Of a DNA stretch of 64,000 bases, positions 54,025 through 64,000 are shown in pieces. Position 1 is the stretch's first letter. Each line of letters opens with the position of its first letter. The DNA comes from Octopus sinensis (lineage: Eukaryota). The DNA is taken from positions 26,660,001 through 26,724,000 of the forward strand of contig NC_043014.1 of the NCBI RefSeq assembly GCF_006345805.1, written 5' to 3'. Both the position numbers and the translations under genes were made by a program. The notes below the pieces were generated by a model, which did not search any database, was not told the DNA's origin, and saw only the letters and a list, made by a program, of their open reading frames with translations.

Positions 54025-54140
54025 TGCCGCCCCCTCAAAATAAGGGTAGACGAACATCGCAAAGCTGTGACACGAAGATAACAAATATCCGTCAAATGTA
54101 AATAATATACATGATTCCTCATCTCTTAAATATAGAACAG
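54025..54140 (+). mobile_element. Internally deleted remnant of the 15540-16460 PLE family
   Basis: The GIY-YIG piece CRPLKIRVDEHRKAVT is joined directly to the pLTR end (AAATATCCGTCAAATG..CATCTCTTAAATATAGAAC). Confidence 0.75.
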
Positions 54141-55572
54141 TATTAATAAATAAATTATAAATTAAGTCATTTCTAGCCTGCAAATAATTAACTCCATGCT
54201 TGAAAATTTGAAATTAGTGAAAATTGACTGTTAAAATATTTGAATTTTGTCATTTGCCTTTTTTGAACAGCCTTACTACATTATTCAGTACTGCTCATAG
54301 AGACAAAATAATAAAAAAAATAGTAATATTTTATTAAATAATCTTGTTGTTAAAATAATTTATTAAAAAATAGACTTTAAAAGCCATACTACAAAAAAAA
54401 TAAGCAAAAAATTATATTTTTTATAAAAAATAATTTAGACTAATGAAAATAAATATTAGAACTTTTTGTATCGATTTTTGTTGTCTTTCATCTTTTGTTG
54501 TGTGTACGCCTAAGAAATATAGGTTCATATATGAGTAGTGTCCCTTTAATATCTCACAAAAATTGATAATAACTTGAGAATTAAAATTAAATATCTCTTT
54601 TTTCTCTAATGAATAAAATTTCATGAAACCTTTACCAATGTATTCCTTTAACATTTCTCTTTCATATTAATATCAATATAATAATTCTTAAACAAAATTT
54701 TTGAAAATGGTGTGGATTCGGTCTATACATTTTGTCTCTTAACTTTTGTTCTACTGCACCAGATTTTAAGTATTTTATGTCAAACTGTAGCTTATCACTA
54801 GTAGAACATAATTCAAAAAACTAAATTTGGTTTTGATTAAAACTGAAGTAGTGAGACCGCTTGGAATACGCCGGCTGCGAGAAAAAAGCTACGTTAAGAA
54901 TATTATTCAACTATTGCTGTAGTTGAATGATAAAATAAAACGAAAATGCACACAGTTTATATAGTTTTAATATATTTTTTACTATATTTTATATTGTTTT
55001 TGTCGATCAGTTTCGCTTTCGCTAATCATGACATTGAAATTATTGTTATTTCGTATTTTCTTAAGAAGATTTTAGTCCATGTTGTGTGTGGAGTAGTTAG
55101 TGAATGAATGGTTCAACAAGTAGAAAAATCTAAGGGGAGGTAATTGGTGATCGTTATTACTGGGGACAGGGGAGATAATTGCTCGTCTTTCCGAGCGGGA
55201 ATAAATAAATAAAAAAATAAAGAAGTGAAATGAACTATTTACTGTGACGAGTATGAGATCATGAACTGAAATATATACTCAGATCAAAGCTGATTATGCG
55301 TTTCAAATCAAGCTTTCTGTATCCAACACGTAAATGCAACTGTTAATTAAATAAATTGTGAAAACTGCATTCCTATTCTTTTTCATTTGATGTCAGTTCA
55401 TCAGCTACACTCGACAACGTACATTGAACCCTCAACATCACATTTCGCTGCTCATCCCGCTACAAATGGATAAATCTGCCGCTACATACGGTTATCAACT
55501 ACTTCAAGTTGATGAAGTAAAAATGGAGGAAAGAGAATGTTAATGGGACAAGATAGTACCGAGCCATATTTT

Positions 55573-56255
55573 GTGTCTGTGTGTGCGTTTGTCATTTGGT
55601 CGTGTTGTGTCGTTTTTCTATCGTCCCTCACGTTGGATGTGAGTTTTTTCCCCAGCAGTTCCTTATAAAGTCTGATACTGAGGTCCATTTCAAAGACCCC
55701 TACAAACTGGGGATATCTAGATTTCAGTTTGTTGGGGTCTTTCAAAATTTGTAACCGCTTTGAGTAGCTTTGAATATTTTTATGTTTGTCGGTATATTTG
55801 TGGTTGGTGAAATAAATATTCATGTGTTTGTGGATGTGTTCTATTAATTCGTTATTTTTTGTGCTTATAGCTATGAGATTTATAATGTCTGGTTTATGAT
55901 CATTTGGTGTAATGCAGACCATCTGTTGTGTGTGTAGGCTATGTTGTGTTTGTGATGGTTGTGGAGATTGTGGTGGTAATGGTGGAGATGATGTCATCGT
56001 GTTCATGTTTGCAACTGTCTTGTGTCGCCGGTCACTGCCTGCTCATCTTTGGCTCTGTGGTTAACTGCTTGCTGGTCGCTTGCTATCTGGCTCAACAAAC
56101 TGAAATCTAGATGTCCCCAGTTTGTAGGGGGTCTTTGAAATGGACCTCAGTATCAGACTTTATAAGGAACTGCTGGGGAAAAAACTCACATCCAACGTGA
56201 GGGACGATAGAAAAACGACACAACACGACCAAATGACAAACGCACACACAGACAC
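55573..56255. repeat. Long inverted repeat, about 162 bp arms, 358 bp spacer
   Basis: 55573-55734 vs 56093-56255: one substitution and one indel counted. Confidence 0.92.
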
Positions 56256-56269
56256 TGGCTCTCTGTCTT

Positions 56270-57655
56270 GTGTCTAAGGAAACCGTATTTATAATGGTCA
56301 TCCTAGTTAGAAGGATAGATATACCATAGGAGTAGTTTGTACTTATCTCGGTCACCTGCTGTCCAGTTTAACCGTGACACTGCTCAGGTCGGAGGTCGAG
56401 TGGAAATTTATCCATCACTATTTGACAGGATAAAGAAATTTCTTTCGCGCCTGTTCGGCCAGTGGTGGGTCGTGCGAGCGGGAATTCTCGGTATAGATGG
56501 AGAAAACACGACCTCCCAGCATGTGTCGAAAATGCTTGACGGCAAGAAATACTGCCAATAATTCTAGACCGAAAGTACTGTACTTAGTCTCGGTGGGTTT
56601 TGAGCGTTTACAGAAAAAAGATACAGGTTGCCAAATACCAACAGTGAGTTGTTGGAGCACACCTCTAACTCCGGAATCGAATGCATCAACTAGTACACAC
56701 AGTGGGGTGTCTGGTTTGGGATATTCCAGCATGGTAGCGTTGGATAACACCTTTTTCAAGTCAGTTCTTTTTCATTCAGAAGAATGTTTATATTTTTGCT
56801 TGTTCGCTGTCGCGGCAAATCTGTGAGCGGTTGGGCTGTCTCTGCACAGTGAAGTATGAATCTGCAGTTGAAGTTACCCTGCCCAGAAATTCCCACAGTT
56901 CGCGAAGAGATGTGGGTGGTGGAAAATCTATGATGGCTTTGATTTTCTCTGGAAGCGGGCACTGTGATGGGTGGCCGTTGTTGTCTGTAAAATGGTTGGG
57001 CTGACTGTGACCATCTGGGTGGTTATACTGCGCTAAGTGATCTGAGTGGAGCTGTCGACAAGTTTGTATGCTTGATATCTACAGGGAGACCGAAATGATG
57101 AAGAAAATCGGCTCCTAAAATAGGGATCAGCAGTTTGGCTACGATGAATACCCACGAGGTTCAGTGTTAGAAACTGTTCACCGTAAGTTGGAATCGATGA
57201 GTGGTTGACTGCCTGAAAACAGACTGGTGTTTCTTTTCTGTGGCCTGAAATGCAGGAAACGGATTATGCTGACTTCCGCGCCGGTATCAACAAAAAAAAC
57301 GCGTACCTGTTACACGATCGCAGACGAAAAGCCCGCGACTTTTTGGGTGAGAGCCAGGAACTTCCGTTGCGTTCAATTCCTAGCTGTGTCGTTTCCCGAA
57401 CGGGAAGCTGAAAACAAGCATGGAGTCGTGCATTTCTGCGCCCGTGTTCCAAATGTGCGGTGGTATCAACATGTTTCCTGTGAATTACGTGACCGCTTAC
57501 TAAAATCGATGCGAGCGCCTGTTACTTCGACGGGGGATACCAAATGATAGGGCTTTATCTGCGCTGTCAGGGCCTTTATATGTGATGAGTGCAAGTCCGA
57601 AATTTCGGAAGCGCTGGTCGAAGAAAGGAAAGGATTTGTAGAAGGAACGACTGGC
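56270..57655 (-). mobile_element. Gypsy LTR retrotransposon remnant (gag knuckle, protease, RT, RNase H)
   Basis: YHRTFGTRAQKC; FFVDTGAEVSII; RNase H region VDAFDSGV..GVLQQ..YSTFGLELLAVFLAVKHFRH. Confidence 0.85.
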
Positions 57656-57840
57656 CGAACCACTAAGTTACGGGGACGTAAACACACCAGCATCGGTTGT
57701 CAAGCAATGTTGTGGGGACAAACGCAGACACACAAACATATACACACACATACATATATACATATATACGACGGGCTTCTTTCCAAATCCACTCACAAGA
57801 CTTTGGTCGGCCTGAGGCTATAGTAGAAGACACTTGTCCT
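57655..57840 (-). mobile_element. SINE family A internal fragment
   Basis: Reverse complement of 6620-6830. Confidence 0.8.
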
Positions 57841-57854
57841 GACACAAAAAAAAC

Positions 57855-58320
57855 ACTTGCTTAAAATGAATTGCTGGAGTTATTTCACTTTTTCCAGAAA
57901 AATTTTTTTTTAAATTACAGAGGCTTAAATTTTGATCATTTTTACCCAGTCAGACAACAGGATTTGGAAGCTGTCATTTTGTGCTGCACATTCTGTCGTT
58001 AACATCATGAAATTAGCACGTGTTGTCAATATTTGAAAACAGCACGTGTTATGCAAATGTGATAAGCAACACGTAACATGCGGTAAACACATTACAATTT
58101 AAATATGTTTAATTACAGTTTAAATATGCTAAAAAAAACATTTAAGCATTCAATATGCATTTAATGCAATACGTCATTTATTTACAGTTGACAACACGTG
58201 CAGTCACACACAGAATGATAGCTTCCAAATCCTGTTTTCTGACTGGATAAAAATTATTAAAGTTTAAACCTCTGTAACATTTTTTAAACTTTTCCGGTAA
58301 AAGTGAATTTGCTTGTGAGA
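57855..58320. mobile_element. MITE-like element with about 100 bp imperfect inverted arms
   Basis: 57890-57990 is the reverse complement of 58205-58310; the left end recurs as a direct copy at 63542-63625. Confidence 0.65.
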
Positions 58321-58642
58321 TTCAGGGCGGAAAATTACATCAATACACCAAATTTTATAATTTCCACTAAACTTTAGAATTTCCACAGGTGTTGCCAAAC
58401 AGAAAAGATCCCAATTATACGTTAGGCCAGCGAAATAAATAAAATGGGTCGCAACAAAAAAGTTTGAAAAACGCTGCGTTAGACGATACTCGTATAACGT
58501 AATTTCTGGTTTCATAGTTTATTCCACCATACTGTCACAATATTGCATTCAAATGTACAGAATCAAACGTTTTCCCTTACAAACACTTTCAAATATATTT
58601 TAGTACGTGCATGATGAAACATACTAAATTTAGTTTTTTCGC

Positions 58643-59203
58643 AAAATATACTGGCGGAAGTAAAGAACATGGACCGCACCCACTTTAGGACTGTGTTTGT
58701 TTTTATGTTTCTTTGTTGTTTTTTTTTGGGGGGGGGGGTCGTTTTGTTTTTTTACAGAAACATTATAACGAGAGCTGAGATTCCGAATCTGCAAAATATC
58801 TGCATTTCAAAATTTTAAAGAAATTCGAAAAAAGTACGCAGAAATGCTACGAGAATTATCGCTTACATACCTTCAAAAGTCATGGTGGGTAAATTTCTGC
58901 CACGTGTTTGAAGGCCTTATAGTCTTCCCACGCTCGGTCGCACGTCATGTTGTACAGATGATACATTGCTTCGCCAACGTGCGACCATCGCATATCCCCA
59001 CTCGACCCGAATTTGTATTTCAATTGTATTTTAATTCCGTTCCAGTATGCCCCAACTCTCGGAATTTTGTGACCCCGAGAGTGGTTGACAGTTCCATGGA
59101 TGTAGTCAAGTAAATATTGTAGACCCTGGTTCTATGTTTTCCAGAATGAGTACCTCCAGTGTTTCTGCCTTTCTATCTTGAACGTGTTGCAAATAACCTG
59201 CTC
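58643..59203 (-). mobile_element. Merlin transposon 3' half (inverted copy)
   Basis: Reverse complement of 60094-60122 + 60670-61085 and of 61600-61705. Confidence 0.85.
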
Positions 59204-59379
59204 AGCTGTTCCCTGCTACGTCTGTCCCTTTGGGTTCCATGCTACGTCCCCGTTGTCTCCAGTGGCCAAAGGCCGCCAGCTGTTCCCTGTTACGTCCATC
59301 CCTTTGAGTTCCATGCTACGTCCCCGTTCCGTCCAGCGGCCAAAAACCAACTGTTCCCTGCTAGGTCCGAATGTATGTA

Positions 59380-61705
59380 TATACAGTCTACGCTAAAGTT
59401 TCATTTTCAAAATTGAAAAGATATTGGCTTTGGACGAACGTTTTTTCTTACTTCAACCTGCAACCAAATTGTTTTCTATATTCTTAAAAAATTTTTGACT
59501 GTTTGTTACGATTTTTTAGTTTTGGACATTTTGTTTGATTGTTTGAATTTTTGAACTTTTTGTTGCGTTTTTAACGTTCTCGGAAGATTAATTGCCCCGG
59601 ACAACAAATGGCCAAAAATTTATCTGATGAAAATTTCATTAATTATCTGAAAGAAAATCGGCTCATTGCTAATCAGAAACAGTGTACATGTGGGAATGAT
59701 ATGGACATAAGGCCTTCGTGGCGTGCAACAGACGGAGTGGAATAGAGATGTAGTAACTGTCGGAAAAGAGTTTCAATCCGAAAGAATACATTTTTGGAGA
59801 AAAGTAGACTTTCTGTTTACCAAATATTTCTTATCATATTCGACTTCATCTTCGAAATGCCGGCAAGCAGTTCTATGTGTGCGAACAATATCAGTAAAAT
59901 CACAGCAATACAATGGTATGAATATTGCTGTGAAATCTGTTCGCAGAAATTATTGAAAGACAAAAAGAAATTGAGTGGCCCGAATTATGTCGTAGAAATA
60001 GACGAAAGTTTGATGTTTCGTAGAAAAAAATGAAGTAGGGCGTGTGATGCAGACATCCTGGATTGTTGGTTTCTACGACAACACCCAGAAAAAAGGGTTA
60101 TTTGCAACACGTTCAAGATAGATTTCTTTATTGGCCACGCAGGGCTAAACACAGAAGGCACAAAATACAAAGTAGAACTTTTCTTTTTTGGGAAGAAGAG
60201 AAGGGGGGAAAAGTGAGGCGAATTCCGATCAAAAAGGGATCGTGAAAAAAAAAGGGGAAATTCCGATCACAATGGATAGTGAAAAACAAAGTGGGGCCGA
60301 TCAGTAGGGATCGTGTATCACAGAAATCTCAATGTAAAAAGGGAAAACAGATTAGGTTTGTCCGTGGATAGAAAAGCCTGCGGAAAAGACCACGGAAACC
60401 TTGGGCAATAGTGTCATGTAAAAGGAAAACACAATACAATAAGTGGGTCTCTTTTTTCCTTTGGTTTTTTTTTTTTTCTTTTGGTTCATAGGGTTATGCT
60501 CAAGCTGGCTCCGTCATTCACACGTGCCATCCTTGCTACATTCACCCATCTTTTTTTGAAACGTTCTCTAGACAAAACTTCCCTCTCTACTCTCATTTTC
60601 CTTTTCAAGTGATACTTAAAAAAGTTGATGAGAGATTGACCAGAGAGGAAAGAACACGTTCAAGATAGAAAGGCAGAAACACAGGAGGCACTCATTCTGG
60701 AAAACATAGAACCTGGGTCTACAATATTTACAGACCAGGGCCGGTTATCGGAAGCTTGAAAGACTTGGCTACATCCATGGAACTGTCAACTACTCTCGGA
60801 ATTTTGTGGACCCCAAGAGTGGTATGCGTACAAATAGAGATGGAGCATAGTGGAGCCGAATTAAAAGACGACTGAAATACAAATTCGGGTCGAGTGGGTA
60901 TATGCGATGGTCACACGTTGACGAAGCAATATATAGAGATCTGTACAACATGACGTGCGACCGATCGTGGAAGAACTATAAGACCTTGAAACACGTGGCA
61001 GAAATTTACCCTCAATGATTTTTGAAAGGTATGTAAACGATAATTCTCATAATATTTCTGTGTTCTTTTTTCGAATTTCTTTTTGACGGTAAATAAGTCT
61101 AAATACGTTTTTCCTTAATTTTGCAGGCTGTCTTCTTGTGTTTTCTGCATTGCTATCTTGACTGCTTGCAGTGATTTCTGCCTTTCTATGAGCACTAAAA
61201 CTTATTCTCTTCCAAAGAGAAAACGGTATGGCTCTTTCTTCCACTTTTTCGTTTCGAGACATTATGTTGTGACAAAAATTTTTAATCTTGATTCCTGCTG
61301 TTCACAGCCAATCGTAAGCCAGAGAAATATTGGTGCCTGTTTCATTAGAATGTTTAGAGACACTATCTTGTCACAAAAATGTTTAAAATTTACTAACTCA
61401 ATCGATTTGTGACTAAAGCTTCCTTTAATTTCCTTTAATTTAGAAAGTTGATCTTCGGTTTTGCTGTTGTTTTCTACCTTGTCAGATTTCCGGTTGGGGC
61501 GTACTTAAAAATTGAAGATTTTGAAAATCCTCAAAACCCGTTTTCAAAATTTGCAAAATTTTAAAAAGAAATTGGGATGGGGGCGGATTTTTTTTTTTTT
61601 TTTTTTTTTTCAGATTTGGAATCTCTGCCCTCGATATAGTGTGTTCCTGTAAAAAAAAAATTCTGAAGTGGGTGCGGTCCATGTTCTTTACCTCCACCAC
61701 AATAC
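59380..61705 (+). mobile_element. Merlin (IS1595/ISXO2-like DDE) DNA transposon, degenerate, with insertions
   Basis: CTCGNDM..RCSNCRKRVSIRKNTF, GPNYVVEIDESLM, IEPGSTIFTD, GYIHGTVNYSRNFVDP..GMRTN, WSRIK, HVDEAIYR. Confidence 0.88.
60123..60652 (-). mobile_element. 5'-truncated Tx1-family LINE inserted into Merlin with a 17 bp TSD
   Basis: TSD AACACGTTCAAGATAGA at 60106-60122 and 60653-60669; the insert resembles 26790-27186; the empty site is visible in the other Merlin copy at about 59175-59200. Confidence 0.88.
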
Positions 61706-62299
61706 TTATAAAATAGGAGTGCATTCTGACGGAAGAACATGTCTAATACATCAGCCAAAGACGGTATATTAAATTGGAATCTGCAAGGCAGATAATATAA
61801 ACTTTCGGATACAGAGTTGTTTCCCTTATAGAAAATTGTCAATAACGTTTTGTATGGGAGGCAGGGAGAGGGTTCTAACAAGATGCTCTTTCTATATTTC
61901 CCTGTTTCTTCATTTCCCTGTTTCTTCATTTTCTTATTCTTCTTACATACTAATTATTTTGTATCCAGTTATTACTCTTCTGAAGCAGAAACAGTTAATT
62001 AAATAATAACTAATTTTCGTTGATATTTCTCCATTTCTCAAAATTTATTTTATTTTATTTTAGTCACCATGGTCATTCATTTTAAGTCTCTTTAGAATTG
62101 AAAATGGACAAAACAAGTCAATTTTCAAATATTCCACAAATAAAAACACTTGAATTATTTCTTCATGGAGAGCTGGGCATTTTAAACAATATGCTTTATT
62201 TTGGTTTTACACCGTTTTCATTATCACGCCAAGGTTTTCTAAACTTCTTACCAAACTTCCGTGCTTTTGAAAGTGTTTTATAATTTGTCATATTTTTAA

Positions 62300-63103
62300 A
62301 TGGATATCTTAGTGAAACTTCGACCAAAATTTGTGGAACTCCTTACTCAGGTAGAAGAAATTCTGGACCATTTAGTTTCAGAAGGTATTTTTACAGTTCC
62401 TGATGTTACTTCCGTGTCGTCTTGTCCGAATCGCAGCAACCAGATTCGTAGATTGTTGGACATTCTTACTCGGAAACTACCGTCTAACATTGAGAAATTT
62501 TATGAAATATTATTATTAACAAATAACCAGATATTAGCTGATGAAATAACTCGGTTTACATCTGATGAATCCGCTCAACCTACGCCTTATCGAAATTTAC
62601 AGTGTAAATATCCAATACAAGAAGAGGGAAATAGGTATGGTTATATTGTTAGTATTGACGGTTGTATTCAGGAAGATTATTTCCAGACTTTTATTACTAA
62701 TTATACTCGCAAGAAATATATTGATTACAAGTCGGTTTTAATTACTGATTTTCCCATGTTCCTTAACAAAGAAGTTACTGAAATGTCCAATAAGTGTGTA
62801 AAATATGATTTTGCTCTCTATTTTGTAATGTGTGATTCTCAATTTAATACTATCCACGAAGAGGACTACTTTAAACAAGTTGTCACTTTAACTGAAGTAA
62901 TCTTCAGTGAAAACGTTAAGCCCCATCCACTGATGTGTTTGATCTGTTGTGAGGACTGTTCAATCGAAGAAATATTTAAAAGTACTGATCACTATGTCAT
63001 TGCTGCTTTGCGGAAAGACCATTTTAGAGATATTCTAAATAATTTTCCAGGTGATTTAAGCTCAGTCTTTCTTTACGTTAAGAATATGACGAAACTGTCG
63101 TGA
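62300..63103 (+). CDS. Intronless CARD-domain protein with a C-terminal caspase-like (probably pseudo-caspase) domain, 267 aa
   Basis: Open ORF with an in-frame TAA immediately upstream and AATAAA at 63535-63540. Residues 1-88 fit a CARD pattern (LRPKFVELL..ILDHLVSEGIFT..RSNQIRRLLDIL..FYEIL). The C-terminal part aligns by eye to caspase p20/p10. Confidence 0.75.
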   Translation: MDILVKLRPKFVELLTQVEEILDHLVSEGIFTVPDVTSVSSCPNRSNQIRRLLDILTRKLPSNIEKFYEILLLTNNQILADEITRFTSDESAQPTPYRNLQCKYPIQEEGNRYGYIVSIDGCIQEDYFQTFITNYTRKKYIDYKSVLITDFPMFLNKEVTEMSNKCVKYDFALYFVMCDSQFNTIHEEDYFKQVVTLTEVIFSENVKPHPLMCLICCEDCSIEEIFKSTDHYVIAALRKDHFRDILNNFPGDLSSVFLYVKNMTKLS

Positions 63104-64000
63104 GGTTTTTTATTTTTTTTTTATTTTGGTATTCTTTCTATATGACTCGAGAAAATCAAAATACTTTTAATACTTGTCAATCACATAAAAGTTGTACTTG
63201 TATATTTTGTCTTCGATAAAACACTCATCTGGTACACCCTGTTGAGTGTTCTTTCATTAAGAATTAAGCCATATGGCGCTATATTTTTTATATATCAATT
63301 TTTTTAGTAATTGTTCAGTAAAATCAAAACGTATTGCTGACAATATCGATAACTTTCATTTTAGTTTCAGTTGTTTTTGTTTTTTCTCAGTACTTGTTTA
63401 TTTTACATTTGGTGGGGGCGTACTTTTAGCTACAAGTCCGTTTTATGAAAGGAAAGAAGAAAGCAGGGATCATTTCGTATTGGCTGCTAGCATTTCAAAA
63501 ATTAGAGTTTACCAAAAATTTTTTAATATGGCTCAATAAATACACTTGCCTAAACTGAATTGCTGGAGTCATTTCATTTTTTCCAGAAAAATATTTTTAA
63601 AAAGTTATAGAGGGTTAAAGTTCGATATATAAAAAATACAAAAATGGGACAAGAACACAAAACATCCAGACAGTTAGGTGATACAAAAAAGGGGCAATAA
63701 AACATCCAGGCAGACAATACAAAGAAAACAAATACAGAAAAAAAAAAAACTGAGAATGTTACACAAATACAAATAACAGGACATAACAAAAGGTGTCTTT
63801 TGGTTGAAAGACACCTGTTGTTATGTCCTATTATTTGCATTTGTATTTGTGTAAAATTTCTCTGTTTTATTTTTTTTTCTGTCCTTGTTTTCGTATACAT
63901 TCGCTGCTTTCCTCCAAGGAATCTAATGCTCTTAGGTTAGTTTTTCCTTGGGGCTGGCCAGATTGGAGCAATCTCAAGTATAACCAGCTGAAATTGCAAA

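Overview
AT-rich, microsatellite-dense animal genomic DNA. The repeat families look like those of an octopus or other coleoid cephalopod; that is inference from recalled repeats, not a search. Two host genes are supportable. One is a two-exon class A peptide-type GPCR (+, 36418-37254 joined to 42484-42873, 408 aa). The other is an intronless CARD protein with a C-terminal caspase-like domain that appears catalytically degenerate (+, 62300-63103). Most of the rest is transposon debris: Penelope-like elements (PLEs), Dong/R4, Tx1/L1, RTE and CR1-like LINEs, Gypsy, Merlin, Chapaev-like, hAT, a non-autonomous Helitron, two tRNA-SINE families and a 5S rRNA pseudogene. The main hidden signal is a set of type I hammerhead ribozyme (HHR) folds from five apparently unrelated repeat families: (1) an intact GUC-cleaving HHR in a young, non-coding, terminally redundant 1.3-mer retrozyme-like insert in the GPCR intron; (2) a tRNA-promoter + (AAT)n + HHR + PLE-tail unit that behaves like a Penelope-mobilised SINE; (3, 4) two families with a compensatory U3-A8 core (UUGAUAA); (5) a tandem pair lacking N7. 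All folds and alignments were done by eye. Repeat boundaries are approximate unless a junction is described.
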